32,000 nt of DNA from positions 30,001-62,000 of the forward strand of contig NZ_JHXR01000021.1 of assembly GCF_000621645.1 (NCBI RefSeq), written 5' to 3'. Positions 1-10,497 of this stretch are shown here, in pieces. The number at the start of each line of letters is the position of its first letter. Position 1 is the first letter of the stretch. This DNA is from Vibrio cholerae ATCC 14035 (GTDB taxonomy: Bacteria > Pseudomonadota > Gammaproteobacteria > Enterobacterales > Vibrionaceae). The position numbers and the translations under genes were made by a program. The notes beneath the pieces are model-generated. The model was not told the DNA's origin. It made no database searches and was given only the letters and a program-made list of their open reading frames with translations.

Positions 1-1
1 T

Positions 2-841
2 ACCCTGCAGCGTTTTTCGCATTCACGCCCCATGAACAGTTCCGGGAGTAAGGTGACTGAGCGTTGGGTACGTGATTCATGGCGCGCCAAAGTTTGGGAT
101 ACGAGCTGGATTGTCGCCGCATGTGTCTTGGTATTGCCACCATTAGTGATGGTGGTGCTGGCAGGGCTCAATTCAAAGCTTGGCAAGGTACTGACGAGCG
201 GCGATTTTTGGTCGGCAGTCAGCCACTCTTTGCAAGTGGCGAGCTTAGCCAGTAGCTTGGCTCTGGCCAGTGGAATCGCGATGTTACTCACCAGCCGAGC
301 CTTGCGGTTGAAAGCGGCTCATCGCCGCGCCAATGGCGTGGAGTGGATCGCGACGTTAATTCTGGTCACGCCGGGATTAGTGGTGAGTACCGGACTCTTT
401 TTGTTGCTGCGTAATATCACCGATGTGTTTAGTTTAGCTTACTGGATTGTGGTCGCAGTCAACGCGCTAATGGCGCTGCCTTACGTCGTAAAAACCTTGA
501 GCCAACCTATGTGGCACTTGGCTCAGCAATATGAATTGCTGTGCGCCAGTTTAGGCATGTCTGGTTGGCGTCGATTTCGTTTAGTGGAGTGGCGCGCGCT
601 GCGTAAGCCTCTCTCCCATGCGTTTGCGATCGGTTTTCTGCTCTCGATGGGGGATTTAAGCGCAATTGCCCTGTTTGGTAGCCAAGATTTTCGCACACTG
701 CCGCTCTATCTTTATCAACTGCTCGGCAGCTATCAGATGGATACCGCGGCGGTCGTTGCGTTGGCCATGCTGATCATGAGTGTGGGTTGGTTTTATGTGA
801 TTGAGCGGCTGTTTGCCCAGCGTCCGCTTACCAAACGCTAA
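2..841 (+). CDS. thiP: Thiamine ABC transporter permease ThiP, C-terminal part (5' end outside window)
   Basis: The frame is open from the window edge (no stop from nt 2) and runs into ORF 32..841. The product is a hydrophobic multi-span ABC-permease-like protein. thiQ follows 11 nt later, which is the thiBPQ order. Confidence 0.85.
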   Translation, partial: TLQRFSHSRPMNSSGSKVTERWVRDSWRAKVWDTSWIVAACVLVLPPLVMVVLAGLNSKLGKVLTSGDFWSAVSHSLQVASLASSLALASGIAMLLTSRALRLKAAHRRANGVEWIATLILVTPGLVVSTGLFLLLRNITDVFSLAYWIVVAVNALMALPYVVKTLSQPMWHLAQQYELLCASLGMSGWRRFRLVEWRALRKPLSHAFAIGFLLSMGDLSAIALFGSQDFRTLPLYLYQLLGSYQMDTAAVVALAMLIMSVGWFYVIERLFAQRPLTKR

Positions 842-852
842 TAAGGAAAAGC

Positions 853-1569
853 ATGTTAGCTCTAGATAAAGTGCGTTACGAATATGAGCACGAATGGTTC
901 GAGTTTGATCTGAACGTGGCTGATGGCGACATTGTGGCGCTGATGGGACCCAGTGGCGCGGGTAAATCTACCTTGCTCAGTCTGGTGGCGGGTTTTATTG
1001 AACCGGTGAGCGGCAGCATCAAGGTCAATGATCAGTCGGTACTCGGTTTAGCGCCTTATCAACGCCCTTTTTCGATGCTCTTTCAGGAGCACAACCTGTT
1101 TGCCCATCTTACCGTGCGTGAAAACATCGGCTTAGGTTTACATCCAGGCCTCAAATTGAACGCTGAGCAGAAACAGCAAGTGGTTGATGCCGCTCAGCAA
1201 GTAGGAATTGCCGACTACCTAGATCGTTTACCTGAGCAACTTTCCGGCGGGCAACGCCAGAGGGTGGCACTCGCGCGCTGTTTTGTGCAGCCGAATCCGA
1301 TTTGGTTGCTTGATGAGCCATTTTCGGCGCTCGATCCTTTGCTGCGTGAAGAGATGCTTGCTTTGGTAAAACAGTTAGCCAGTGAGCGGCAGCGCACTGT
1401 TGTGATGGTGACCCACCATCTTAGTGATGCGCGTGCCATCGCCAGCCAAATCGCATTTTTGAGCCAAGGTAAAGTGAAGGTGGTGAGTGATTGTCAGGCA
1501 GTGACAGCGCAGCATCCTCATCCTGAACTGGCTCAGTTTGTGGCGGCGGCACTGAGTGAGCCGAAATAA
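853..1569 (+). CDS. thiQ: Thiamine ABC transporter ATP-binding protein ThiQ
   Basis: Walker A GPSGAGKST, ABC signature LSGGQRQR and Walker B LLDEPFSALD are present. The stretch NIGLGLHPGLKLNAEQ closely resembles E. coli ThiQ. Confidence 0.92.
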   Translation: MLALDKVRYEYEHEWFEFDLNVADGDIVALMGPSGAGKSTLLSLVAGFIEPVSGSIKVNDQSVLGLAPYQRPFSMLFQEHNLFAHLTVRENIGLGLHPGLKLNAEQKQQVVDAAQQVGIADYLDRLPEQLSGGQRQRVALARCFVQPNPIWLLDEPFSALDPLLREEMLALVKQLASERQRTVVMVTHHLSDARAIASQIAFLSQGKVKVVSDCQAVTAQHPHPELAQFVAAALSEPK

Positions 1570-1602
1570 CGCTGAGTGAACGGATATACATCGACCGTAA
1601 AG

Positions 1603-1631
1603 AAAAAGGTTAGCTTGCGCTAACCTTTTTT
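1603..1631. terminator. Bidirectional intrinsic terminator between convergent thiQ and yjgA
   Basis: Stem GGTTAGC (1608-1614) pairs with GCTAACC (1619-1625) around loop TTGC. It is flanked by A5 upstream and T6 downstream, so a U-tract follows the hairpin on either strand. Confidence 0.85.
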
Positions 1632-1672
1632 GATGCTGTTGGTTAAAACGAGATGGCTTGCGGCCTCGCGTT

Positions 1673-2254
1673 TTATTCCGCTGAATCCAGATCGTCTTCA
1701 CTCTCTTCTTCGATCTCTTGTTTTGCCAACATCGCTTCTTTCAGCAGTTGGAAGATCTCGCGAGACGATTTTGGCGGCTTGTTGCCCGCTTTTTCTTTGC
1801 TGGCTTGACGCGCTAACAGACGCAGACGTTGACGATCCGCTTCTGGGTATTGCTCCATCGCCACTTCAATCGCGCTATCCCCTTCGGCAACGATGCGATC
1901 ACGCAGTTGCTCCAGTTTGTGCAGTAATGCAGTGGTTTGCGAGTGCTTGTTACGCAGCTTATCCAGTGCCGCTTGCAGTGGCTCTGGGTCAATATGGCGC
2001 ATCAGTTTGCCAATGTATTGCAGTTGGCGGCGACGAGCTTCGTTTTTAAAACGCTGCGCATCTTTGATCGCTTCAGCCAGATCTTCTGGCAGTGGGAATT
2101 TGGCTAACGCGGAAGGTTTTAATTCAACCAGCTCTTCGCCGAGCTTTTGCAAGGCTAGCATGTCATTTTTCATTTCGGTTCTACTGACCCAAATGATCTC
2201 TTCTTCCTCTTCCCAAGGGGCTTTTTGGTTTTTACGTGCCATATTCTTCATCAT
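1673..2254 (-). CDS. yjgA: YjgA/DarP family ribosome-associated protein (DUF615)
   Basis: Acidic N-terminus [17 protein letters not shown] and C-terminal [15 protein letters not shown] parallel E. coli YjgA (IIWVSKSE..., KPPKSARQIFQYLRE). There are three in-frame ATGs (2254, 2251, 2242), so the exact start is uncertain. Confidence 0.88.
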   Translation of the reverse strand: MMKNMARKNQKAPWEEEEEIIWVSRTEMKNDMLALQKLGEELVELKPSALAKFPLPEDLAEAIKDAQRFKNEARRRQLQYIGKLMRHIDPEPLQAALDKLRNKHSQTTALLHKLEQLRDRIVAEGDSAIEVAMEQYPEADRQRLRLLARQASKEKAGNKPPKSSREIFQLLKEAMLAKQEIEEESEDDLDSAE

Positions 2255-2352
2255 GATGAGTTACTTATGTCGGCTATTTTAGCAAGAATCGTGGGGAGAA
2301 AGCGAAATTCTTGTTATCCTAATAACATCAATAACCAATGGTTGAATGAAAT

Positions 2353-3696
2353 ATGGATGTAAAAGAGCGAGTTGCGCTGCAGCGTCAAGAGCTGGAAGCT
2401 GCGGTTGCTAAGGCATTAGAGCTTGCAGCGGCGAGTTCGGATGCGGCTGAAGTGGCGATCACCAAGAGCACGGGATTAAGTGTTTCGACCCGCATGTGTG
2501 AAGTTGAAAATGTTGAATTCAACAGTGATGGTGCACTTGGAATTACTGTTTACCGCGGTCAACGTAAAGGCAGCGCTTCAACATCGGACTTGAGTGAAAA
2601 AGCGATTCGACAAACCGTATTAGCCGCGCTGGATATTGCTCAGTATACTTCGGCCGATCCTTATGCTGGCCCTGCGCCGAAAGAATTGATGGTGCAGGAT
2701 ATTCCTGATCTTGACCTCTTCCATCCTGATGAGCCGAATCCCGATGTGGCGGCGCAAATTGCCATTGCGGCAGAACGTGCGGCCTTAGGCTACAGCAAGA
2801 AAATTAAGCAAAGCGATGGCGGTAGTTATGATAGCCATTTCGGCATTCGTGTTTACGGCAACAGCCACGGTGTATTGGCTAGCTATGCCTCTAGTCGCCA
2901 CAGCATTAGCTGTAGTGTGATTGGTGAAGGCCGCAACGGTGAAATGGAGCGTGATTACAGCTACACCGTGGCGCGTCACCGTGACGATTTATGGACGCCA
3001 GAAAGCGTGGGTTTGCAAGCGGCGGAAAATACGGTGAGCCGTCTGGATCCGCAAAAGCTGAAAACGGGTCAGTTTCCAGTGATGTTTGCGGCAGATGTAG
3101 CGACAGGTTTAATCGGTCATCTGGTGATGGCGATCAGCGGTGGTAACTTATATCGCAAATCGAGTTTCTTACTCGATCATCTTGGCAAAACCATTCTGCC
3201 GACGTGGTTCAATATCAGTGAGCGCCCGCATGTGATGCGTGGTTTGGCTTCCAGCCCATTTGATAGTGAAGGGGTTCGTACCCAAGATCTGGAAATCATC
3301 ACTGATGGTGTGTTGGCAACTTACTTACTGACCAGTTACGCCGCGCGCAAAATGAATATGACGCCAACCGGTCATGCGGGTGGCATTCATAACTGGTATG
3401 TGAAATCGACTGGTCAAAACTACCAACAGATGCTCAAAGAGCTGGGTACCGGCTTATTGGTGACCGAAGTGATGGGACAAGGTGTGAATGTGGTGACGGG
3501 AGATTACTCACGTGGCGCTGCTGGTTTCTGGGTAGAAAACGGTGAAATTAAATACCCTGTTTCTGAAATCACCATTGCGGGTAACCTCAAGCAGATGTTG
3601 CAGCAGATTGTCGCGGTGGGCAGTGATATCGAAACGCGCTCCCAGATCCAAACCGGTTCTATTTTGATTGAATCAATGAAGGTCGCAGGCGAGTAA
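2353..3696 (+). CDS. pmbA: Metalloprotease PmbA (TldE)
   Basis: 447 aa, full-length PmbA/TldD-family protein. The C-terminal block [30 protein letters not shown] is typical of PmbA. It is divergent from yjgA, as in E. coli. Confidence 0.92.
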   Translation: MDVKERVALQRQELEAAVAKALELAAASSDAAEVAITKSTGLSVSTRMCEVENVEFNSDGALGITVYRGQRKGSASTSDLSEKAIRQTVLAALDIAQYTSADPYAGPAPKELMVQDIPDLDLFHPDEPNPDVAAQIAIAAERAALGYSKKIKQSDGGSYDSHFGIRVYGNSHGVLASYASSRHSISCSVIGEGRNGEMERDYSYTVARHRDDLWTPESVGLQAAENTVSRLDPQKLKTGQFPVMFAADVATGLIGHLVMAISGGNLYRKSSFLLDHLGKTILPTWFNISERPHVMRGLASSPFDSEGVRTQDLEIITDGVLATYLLTSYAARKMNMTPTGHAGGIHNWYVKSTGQNYQQMLKELGTGLLVTEVMGQGVNVVTGDYSRGAAGFWVENGEIKYPVSEITIAGNLKQMLQQIVAVGSDIETRSQIQTGSILIESMKVAGE

Positions 3697-3714
3697 GCTC
3701 TGAGCCATTGAATG

Positions 3715-3742
3715 AAAAAGCCGACAGAAAGTCGGCTTTTTT
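3715..3742. terminator. Bidirectional intrinsic terminator between convergent pmbA and mgtE
   Basis: Stem GCCGAC (3720-3725) pairs with GTCGGC (3731-3736) around loop AGAAA. A5 lies upstream and T6 downstream. Confidence 0.85.
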
Positions 3743-3768
3743 GTCGAATCAATTTGGGAAATCGGACA

Positions 3769-5130
3769 TTAACTGGCCAGCAGCAAAGTGGCTAGACCGA
3801 GAAAAACGGATAAACCAATCACATCGGTGACGGTGGTGAGCGCCATCCCGCCAGCGAGAGCGGGATCGATGTTCATCTTTTTCAGCAAAATAGGAATGCT
3901 GACTCCAGCAATGCCGGCCACGATAAGGTTGGTCATCATCGCCGCGGAAATGATCCCGCCAAGCATCCATTCTCCTTTCCACACTACGACGATGGCTCCG
4001 ATGATCAATGCCCAGGTAATGCCATTCAGTAGGCCGATTGCCGCTTCTTTCATTAGAAGTTCACGCTTGTTACTGTCACCGATGTGACCGAGTGCCAGCC
4101 CCCGAATCACCAGAGCCACGGTTTGGTTACCGGCCACGCCGCCCATGGATGGTACTATGGTCATCAGCACAGCAACCGCCGCCATTTGTTCGAGAGTCGC
4201 TTCAAACATGTTCGAAACCGAAGCCGCAGCAAGAGCGGCTAGCACGTTGGCCCCAAGCCAAATACTGCGTTTGCGCGCTGATTTGACGACAGGGGCGAAG
4301 GTATCTTCGTCATCATCCATACCCGCCATACTCATCATCGAGTGTTCGGCGTCTTCACGGATAATATCGACCACGTCATCGATGGTAATACGGCCAACCA
4401 GATGTTGGTTTTCATCCACCACAGGGGCAGAAACCCAGTTACGCCGTTCGAACAGATTGGCGATGTCGGAGTCTTTCATATCGACTTTGATCGCTTCGTC
4501 CGCATCGTCCATCACTTCACTGACCGGCACATCCGGTTGGGTGGTGAGCAGAGTGACAAGAGAAAGATGGCCAATCAGTTTGCTTTCATCATCAATCACA
4601 TACAGCGCATCGGTTGCTTCCGGCAGTTCGCCTTTCATACGTAAATAACGCAGTACAACGTCGACGTCCACATCGGCACGGATGGTGATCACGTCGGTGT
4701 TCATCAGACCGCCGGCGGTATCTTCCGGATAGGACAGAGCGGTTTCGACCCGCATGCGATCTGCGGCATCCATTTGGGACAGAACTTCGCGTGATACATC
4801 ATCCGGCAAGCTACGCAATACGTAGGCGACATCATCGATGTCCATACCTTCGGTCGCTTCGGCGAGCTTCTCCGGTGCCATTTTTGACACCAGCGCGTCC
4901 TTAACGTCTTCATTCAGCTCGTCAAGGATTTCACCGTAATCTTCCGGGTCAGTCAGTTGCCACAACACCTCACGCGCTTTACGTGGTGAGGCTTCCAGCA
5001 GATGAGCAATATCTTCTGGCTCCATGTCCTGCAGTTGGCGGCGGACATGAACAAAGCGGCCATTATCTAAGGCTTCAGTGATTTCTTGGAGGGTGAGGTG
5101 AGCTTGGTCAAATTCGATCTGCTCGGCCAT
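3769..5130 (-). CDS. mgtE: Magnesium transporter MgtE
   Basis: 453 aa with an acidic cytosolic N-domain, a tandem CBS-like region (VITIRADVDVD..., VGRITIDDVVDIIRED) and a C-terminal block of 5 hydrophobic helices. This is the MgtE architecture. Confidence 0.9.
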   Translation of the reverse strand: MAEQIEFDQAHLTLQEITEALDNGRFVHVRRQLQDMEPEDIAHLLEASPRKAREVLWQLTDPEDYGEILDELNEDVKDALVSKMAPEKLAEATEGMDIDDVAYVLRSLPDDVSREVLSQMDAADRMRVETALSYPEDTAGGLMNTDVITIRADVDVDVVLRYLRMKGELPEATDALYVIDDESKLIGHLSLVTLLTTQPDVPVSEVMDDADEAIKVDMKDSDIANLFERRNWVSAPVVDENQHLVGRITIDDVVDIIREDAEHSMMSMAGMDDDEDTFAPVVKSARKRSIWLGANVLAALAAASVSNMFEATLEQMAAVAVLMTIVPSMGGVAGNQTVALVIRGLALGHIGDSNKRELLMKEAAIGLLNGITWALIIGAIVVVWKGEWMLGGIISAAMMTNLIVAGIAGVSIPILLKKMNIDPALAGGMALTTVTDVIGLSVFLGLATLLLAS

Positions 5131-5290
5131 GGCTTCCCCCTAGGTTGGAATTGGAATAATGGTCAGCATGGTAACTTAATTTACCCGCTTATTTAATAAG
5201 ATCTTAGTAAGGAATAAGGATTTCTTTACTCTTCTTTGCCTTGATAGGGCAGGCCGGTGGGGCGGCGCGATAGGTGGCTAGTGAGGAGCC

Positions 5291-5569
5291 TTACTCATCT
5301 TCATCAAATTTTTGTTCGATAAGCTGACAAACCGCTTGTAGAGCTTGTTCGGCTTGCGAGCCTTCGGCGGAGATCACCACGTTTTGCCCTTGTGCCGATT
5401 CCAGCATCAGTAACCCCATCACACTGTCGGCGGTTGCTTCACGGCCATCTTGGCTCTGTACAGTCAATACTGCATCAAAGGATTGAGCCAGTTGCACCAG
5501 TTTAACCGCTGCGCGCGCATGCAGGCCAAGGCGGTTTTGGATCAGCACGGTTTGGCTTAGTTGCGGCAT
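5291..5569 (-). CDS. ptsO: Nitrogen-PTS phosphocarrier protein NPr
   Basis: 92-aa HPr-like protein with the active-site His context [10 protein letters not shown]. It is the last gene of the rpoN-hpf-ptsN-rapZ-ptsO order. Confidence 0.9.
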
Positions 5570-5577
5570 AGGGGCTC

Positions 5578-6438
5578 CTAGGATTGCTGTTTTTCCAATG
5601 AAGTATGGCGGATCTGTACTTGATGACCAAGTTGGGCGAAATATTCACCCAACTGCTGCGTCAGGTAGACCGAACGGTGCTTGCCTCCGGTACAACCAAT
5701 GGCGATGGTCAGGTAGCTACGATTGTTTTTCTCAAGCATGGGCAGCCAGTATTCGAAGAATTTTTGGATCTGTTGTTTCAGCTCCATCACTTCGCTATGA
5801 CCTTCCAAGAAAGATTTGATCGGAGCATCCAGTCCTGTCAGCGGGCGTAGGTCAGGCTCCCAATGGGGATTGGGGAGAAAGCGCACATCAAACACGTAGT
5901 CGGCATCGGTTGGTAAACCGTACTTAAAGCCAAACGACTGAAACACCATCACAAGGTCTTTGCGCTCACGGCCTTCAATCCGCATTCGCACCGTTTCGCT
6001 CAGTTCATGCAGCGACTGGTTACTGCTGTCGAGCAACAAGTCTGCCTGCTCTTTGAGTGGGCCAAGCAGCTGTTTTTCTAACTCAATGGCTTGGGCAAGT
6101 GAAGGCTTGCTTTGACTGAGAGAGAGGGGATGAATGCGCCGTGTTTCACTGTAGCGTTTGAGCAAGGTCTCTTTACTGGCGTCGAGAAACAGCATGCTGA
6201 CATCGTTGTTCTGCTTGAGCTGGTCGAGTACATCTTGTACCAAGCTTGGCTCTTTGGGCAGATTGCGGATATCAATGCTAACCGCCACGTTTTGTTGACT
6301 GCCTTGAACCGACTGGATAAAGGCTGTCAGCAGGCTGACGGGCAGGTTATCGACACAGTAGTAACCAAGGTCTTCGAGTACTCGAAGAGCGACGCTCTTA
6401 CCGGCTCCCGATTGTCCGCTGACCACGATCAAACGCAT
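5578..6438 (-). CDS. rapZ: RNase adapter protein RapZ (YhbJ)
   Basis: N-terminal Walker A GQSGAGKS and C-terminal [10 protein letters not shown] motif. 286 aa, in the conserved position after ptsN. Confidence 0.92.
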
Positions 6439-6450
6439 ACTGTTTGCCTG

Positions 6451-6897
6451 CTATTGGTTAACCATGATGTTGTACAGCTCTTGATCGCTGGCTGCGTTAC
6501 GAAGCTGTTTGAGGATCTGTTTATCGTTGAGGCGTTCTGCCATGCAAGCGAGGGTTTTTAAATGCTCTTTGCACTGATCTTCTGGAACCAGCAGGGCAAA
6601 CAAGAGATCCACCGGACGATTATCAATCGAATCAAATTCAATCGGCTCTTCACACTGCAATAGCACGGCGACGGCGTTTTCGCTGTCGGACATGCGTGCG
6701 TGTGGGATGGCTATCCCGTTACCAATACCGGTACTGCCCATTTTTTCGCGGCTTAACATGCACTCGAACAATTCGGTGGCATTCTGGCCAGTATGAAGGG
6801 CAGCGATTTCGCTGATGATTTCTAGTGCTCGTTTCTTACTAGAACATTGGACTGCACTTTTGGTGCAGTCCAATGAAAGTACTTCGCTCAATTGCAT
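6451..6897 (-). CDS. ptsN: Nitrogen-regulatory PTS EIIA-Ntr
   Basis: 148-aa EIIA(fructose/mannitol-type) protein with phosphorylatable His in GNGIAIPHARM. Conserved position downstream of hpf. Confidence 0.9.
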   Translation of the reverse strand: MQLSEVLSLDCTKSAVQCSSKKRALEIISEIAALHTGQNATELFECMLSREKMGSTGIGNGIAIPHARMSDSENAVAVLLQCEEPIEFDSIDNRPVDLLFALLVPEDQCKEHLKTLACMAERLNDKQILKQLRNAASDQELYNIMVNQ

Positions 6898-6899
6898 GA

Positions 6900-7187
6900 T
6901 TAATGACTACTTAGCTTTTCTTTATGCTTATTCAATTGTCGAACCAATTTATCCACCAAACTATCGATGGCGGCATACATGTTTTCATCGTCCGCGTGGG
7001 CGTGAATTTCTGCTTGGTTTACGTGGAGCGTAGCTTCGGCGATCTGGCGCAGTTTTTCAACACGTAAAATGACTTGAACGTGATTAATGTGGTCGAAAAA
7101 ACGCTCAAGTTTGTCAAATTTGGAGTGAACATAGTCTTGCATTGAATCGGTAAGATCAATGTGGTGGCCTTGAATGTTGATTTGCAT
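6900..7187 (-). CDS. hpf: Ribosome hibernation promoting factor Hpf (YhbH)
   Basis: 95 aa, MQINIQGHHIDLTDSMQDYV..., typical short Hpf/sigma-54 modulation protein directly downstream of rpoN. Confidence 0.92.
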   Translation of the reverse strand: MQINIQGHHIDLTDSMQDYVHSKFDKLERFFDHINHVQVILRVEKLRQIAEATLHVNQAEIHAHADDENMYAAIDSLVDKLVRQLNKHKEKLSSH

Positions 7188-7211
7188 AGACTTTCCTTCT
7201 CTAGTTTAGGC

Positions 7212-8675
7212 CTATAGCAGGCGTTTGCGCTGACTTGATGGGGCGATGCCAAGTGATTCACGATATTTGGCGATGGTTCGCCGCGCGACTTGGATGCCTT
7301 GGTCAGCGAGTAGGGTTGCGATCTTGCTGTCACTGAGTGGTTTGGCAGGATTCTCTGCCGCCACCAGTTTTTTGATCAGCGCCCTGATCGCAGTGGACGA
7401 GCACTCTCCGCCATTGTCAGTACTGACGTGGCTGGAGAAAAAGTACTTCAACTCAAAAATGCCGCGCGGGGTATGCATGTATTTCTGCGTGGTGACACGC
7501 GAAATTGTCGATTCATGCATTTCCACCGCCATCGCCACATCGTTGAGCACCATCGGCTTCATCGCCTCTTCTCCATACTCGAAGAAATCGTGTTGGTGTT
7601 CAACTATGCACTTGGCAACTTTGAGCAGTGTCTCGTTTCTACTTTCTAAACTTTTGATCAGCCATTTTGCCTCTTGCAAATTGGTACGGATGTAGTTGCT
7701 CTCCGCATTATTACCGCGCATCAGGTCGGCATACTGCTGATTGATCTTCAGTTTAGGCACACTATCTGGGTTGATGGTGACCAGCCATCGACCTTGTTCT
7801 TTATAGACTGACACGTCAGGTATAACGTATTCAGCGTGATCTTGGGCAATTCGACTGCCGGGGCGAGGATCGAGCTGTTGGATGAGTTGCAGGATCTCGC
7901 GCAAGTCCTCTTCTTTGAGCTTAGTCTCTTTCAGAATGGTTTTGTAATCGCGATTCCCTAAATCATCGATGTACTGTGAGAGCAGTAAACGCGCTTCTTC
8001 CAGCCAAGGAGTATCACAGGGATAGGTGGTGAGTTGCAGCAACAAGCAGTCTTGCAGATTAAGCGATGCCACACCAAAGGGGTCAAACTGCTGAATGCGT
8101 TTACGTACCGCTTCAATCTCATCCAACTCAATGTCATCACTGCGCAGGCTCTCTTGGATCTCCTCTAGTGAGACGGTTAAATAACCGTAATCGTCGATAG
8201 CATCGATAAGTGCAACGGCAATGGTGCGATCCACATCGCTAAAGGGAGTTAAGTCGAGTTGCCAGTGAAGATAATCTTGCAGGGTTTGGGTGGTTTCGCC
8301 TTGGTAGATAGGGGCATCATCATCGAGTGCCAGTCCTGTACTGCCAGTATTGGCGCTGTAGACTTCATCCCAAGTGGTATCCATCTCTAATTCAGCGCTG
8401 ATTTCCGATTTTTCAATCAGATCCGAGCTATCCTGCGGTTCAGGTTCGTAGAGTTCTTCTGGCTCGCGCGGGCTTTCTTCCGTCATACGTACGCTATCAA
8501 GCGATGGCGCTTCGTCTTGGTTCTCTTCCACCTCTAACAAGGGGTTAGATTCCAATGCTTCCTGAATTTCTTGCTGCAGATCCAGCGTCGAAAGCTGCAA
8601 CAGACGAATCGCCTGCTGGAGCTGCGGAGTCATGGCTAACTGTTGACCTAGCTTGAGCTGTAATGACGGTTTCAT
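7212..8675 (-). CDS. rpoN: RNA polymerase sigma-54 factor RpoN
   Basis: N-terminal Gln/Leu-rich region I ([23 protein letters not shown]), an acidic region II and the C-terminal RpoN box [14 protein letters not shown]. Confidence 0.97.
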   Translation of the reverse strand: MKPSLQLKLGQQLAMTPQLQQAIRLLQLSTLDLQQEIQEALESNPLLEVEENQDEAPSLDSVRMTEESPREPEELYEPEPQDSSDLIEKSEISAELEMDTTWDEVYSANTGSTGLALDDDAPIYQGETTQTLQDYLHWQLDLTPFSDVDRTIAVALIDAIDDYGYLTVSLEEIQESLRSDDIELDEIEAVRKRIQQFDPFGVASLNLQDCLLLQLTTYPCDTPWLEEARLLLSQYIDDLGNRDYKTILKETKLKEEDLREILQLIQQLDPRPGSRIAQDHAEYVIPDVSVYKEQGRWLVTINPDSVPKLKINQQYADLMRGNNAESNYIRTNLQEAKWLIKSLESRNETLLKVAKCIVEHQHDFFEYGEEAMKPMVLNDVAMAVEMHESTISRVTTQKYMHTPRGIFELKYFFSSHVSTDNGGECSSTAIRALIKKLVAAENPAKPLSDSKIATLLADQGIQVARRTIAKYRESLGIAPSSQRKRLL

Positions 8676-8730
8676 GCAGTAATGGATGCCTTGTTATTGT
8701 TAGTATTCATTGAACTCTACTCTGTTTTAA

Positions 8731-9456
8731 TCATAGACGGAATTGTTCGCCGAGATAAACCTGCTTCACCTGTTCATTATTGAGAACATCTTGTGGCGTT
8801 CCTTCCGCAATCAGTCGGCCTTGGCTGACAATATACGCTTTTTCACACACATCCAGCGTTTCACGTACGTTGTGGTCGGTGATGAGGACCCCTAGACCGC
8901 GATCGCGCAGATGTTCGATGATTTTTTTGATATCGATGACCGAGATGGGGTCAACGCCAGCAAAAGGCTCATCCAGCAAGATAAATTGTGGGTTAGCCGC
9001 CAGAGCGCGGGCGATTTCCACCCGGCGTCGTTCACCGCCAGAGAGCGCCATCCCAGCACTTTTACGAATGTGCTGAATGTGGAATTCTTCGAGCAAATCT
9101 TCCAGCTTGTCCTGACGCTCTTCATGGGTCAGCTCTTCGCGGGTCTGCAGGACGGCCATGATGTTGTCTTCGACCGAGAGTTTGCGAAAGATAGACGCTT
9201 CTTGCGGCAGATAACCAATGCCCATCCGTGAGCGGCTGTGCATCGGTAGAATGCTGATGTCGTTGTCATCGATGGTAATGGTGCCTTCATCACGCGCGAC
9301 AAGGCCGACAATCATGTAAAACGAGGTGGTTTTACCCGCACCATTAGGGCCAAGCAGGCCCACAATCTGTCCTGACTCAACTTGAAGACTGACGTCAGAA
9401 ACCACTTTGCGCTTTTTGTAGCTCTTGGCTAAATGCTGTGCTTTTAAGATGGCCAT
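8731..9456 (-). CDS. lptB: LPS export ABC transporter ATPase LptB
   Basis: Walker [10 protein letters not shown], signature LSGGERRR, Walker [13 protein letters not shown]. 241 aa, between lptA and rpoN. Confidence 0.95.
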   Translation of the reverse strand: MAILKAQHLAKSYKKRKVVSDVSLQVESGQIVGLLGPNGAGKTTSFYMIVGLVARDEGTITIDDNDISILPMHSRSRMGIGYLPQEASIFRKLSVEDNIMAVLQTREELTHEERQDKLEDLLEEFHIQHIRKSAGMALSGGERRRVEIARALAANPQFILLDEPFAGVDPISVIDIKKIIEHLRDRGLGVLITDHNVRETLDVCEKAYIVSQGRLIAEGTPQDVLNNEQVKQVYLGEQFRL

Positions 9457-9458
9457 AG

Positions 9459-9953
9459 TTACTCTTGGATTGCTTGTGGTTGAAGAACGGTAGAGACGCG
9501 CCCTTTGCCATCACTATCGGCAATCAGTTTCTGCAAGCTGATTTTGTAGCGGATTTTGCTGCCGCGAATTTCGCTGTCATCTTGTGACAACATGGCTTTA
9601 TTGATCATCACTAACTCATCGTCGCGAACTTTGTAGTACAGCTCTTTGGCTTCACCATACAGGGTTTTGCCTTCATCAGTCAGTTGCGAGAAGGTTGCGA
9701 CGTTGCCATAGCCTTCGATTTCTTCAATTTTGCCGTTTTCAGCATTACGGATCACGATCAACTTGTCGGCATTGATATTGATGCTGCCTTGCTTGAGTTT
9801 GACATCGCCTAAGAAGGTGACACGATTGCTCTTCATATCCAGTTGTTGACTGTCTGAGTCGATATAAACTGGTTGTTCTCTGTCGGTAGAGAGTGCATAA
9901 GCCTGAGTCGAGGCGAGCAAACAAGCAATAAGACTAAGGTGTGAGCGTTTCAT
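9459..9953 (-). CDS. lptA: LPS transport periplasmic protein LptA
   Basis: OstA-like protein. I chose the ATG at 9953 ([20 protein letters not shown], a signal peptide; AAGG upstream) rather than the TTG at 9998 that starts the listed ORF. This start overlaps the lptC 3' end by 20 nt. Confidence 0.88.
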   Translation of the reverse strand: MKRSHLSLIACLLASTQAYALSTDREQPVYIDSDSQQLDMKSNRVTFLGDVKLKQGSININADKLIVIRNAENGKIEEIEGYGNVATFSQLTDEGKTLYGEAKELYYKVRDDELVMINKAMLSQDDSEIRGSKIRYKISLQKLIADSDGKGRVSTVLQPQAIQE

Positions 9954-10497
9954 ATCTACCTTGTACTTGGTTATAAAGTTCAGCCGAATGATCGGCAAAG
10001 TTGCCTTTCATCGCTTGACCGTGTGTTTCAAATTGTGGGCCGCGCAGTTCGACGGGCTTATCGGCCCAGAAGTCACGACTTTTGAGTTGGATACTCATCT
10101 CGCTGGTGGTGAGAGTATCAAAGCCGGAGTCTGGAAGTAGATTTTTAGCCAAAACGTCGTCATATAAGGTCAGCACCTGATCTTTGCTCAGAATGCCTCT
10201 GCGTGCGGTGATTTCCCACTCTTGTAATGTTCCTTCCCGATACACTTTGAGTATCGGAGCTTTAAACAGGGTATTGCCGCTTTTAGCATAGTGATCCAGA
10301 TGAATCGAAGTGATCACGTAGTTGCGGATACCTTGTTCGTCATACGAAATATTTTCTAAGTTCTCGCCACTGAACATAGGCAACTCCAAATTCGGAGCCA
10401 CCTGAATCTTACTGTCTTGCTCTTGTCCCAATAAGTAATAGAGTGACCAAGAAGCAATAAACAACAGCAGAACGTAAACAATGCGCGACAAACTCAT
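9934..10497 (-). CDS. lptC: LPS export system protein LptC
   Basis: 187 aa with a single N-terminal membrane anchor (IVYVLLLFIASWSLYYLL) and a periplasmic beta-jellyroll-like remainder. It lies between kdsC and lptA. Its ATG overlaps the kdsC stop (ATGA). Confidence 0.88.
   Translation of the reverse strand: MSLSRIVYVLLLFIASWSLYYLLGQEQDSKIQVAPNLELPMFSGENLENISYDEQGIRNYVITSIHLDHYAKSGNTLFKAPILKVYREGTLQEWEITARRGILSKDQVLTLYDDVLAKNLLPDSGFDTLTTSEMSIQLKSRDFWADKPVELRGPQFETHGQAMKGNFADHSAELYNQVQGRYETLTP

Noticed and set aside
1630-2282. Plus-strand ORFs 1630..2049 (139 aa) and 1893..2282 (129 aa), opposite yjgA
   Set aside because: These are antisense shadow ORFs of a well-supported gene. They are low-complexity, Ser/Cys/Leu-rich translations with no recognisable motif or ribosome-binding site.
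4145-4648. Plus-strand ORFs inside mgtE (for example 167 aa at 4145..4648). Similar long antisense ORFs lie inside murA (17228..18102), the PIN-PhoH gene (23002..23574), rapA (several) and valS (29105..31374)
   Set aside because: All lie entirely within, and antisense to, strongly supported conserved genes. Their translations show no known motifs. This is typical of frames that stay open opposite a real coding frame.
5131-5290. M-box (ykoK) Mg2+ riboswitch upstream of mgtE
   Set aside because: The conserved GUUAGGUGAGGCU core is absent on the mgtE-sense strand. The vaguely similar ATAGGTGGCTAGTGAGGAGCC is on the opposite strand and abuts the ptsO stop codon.
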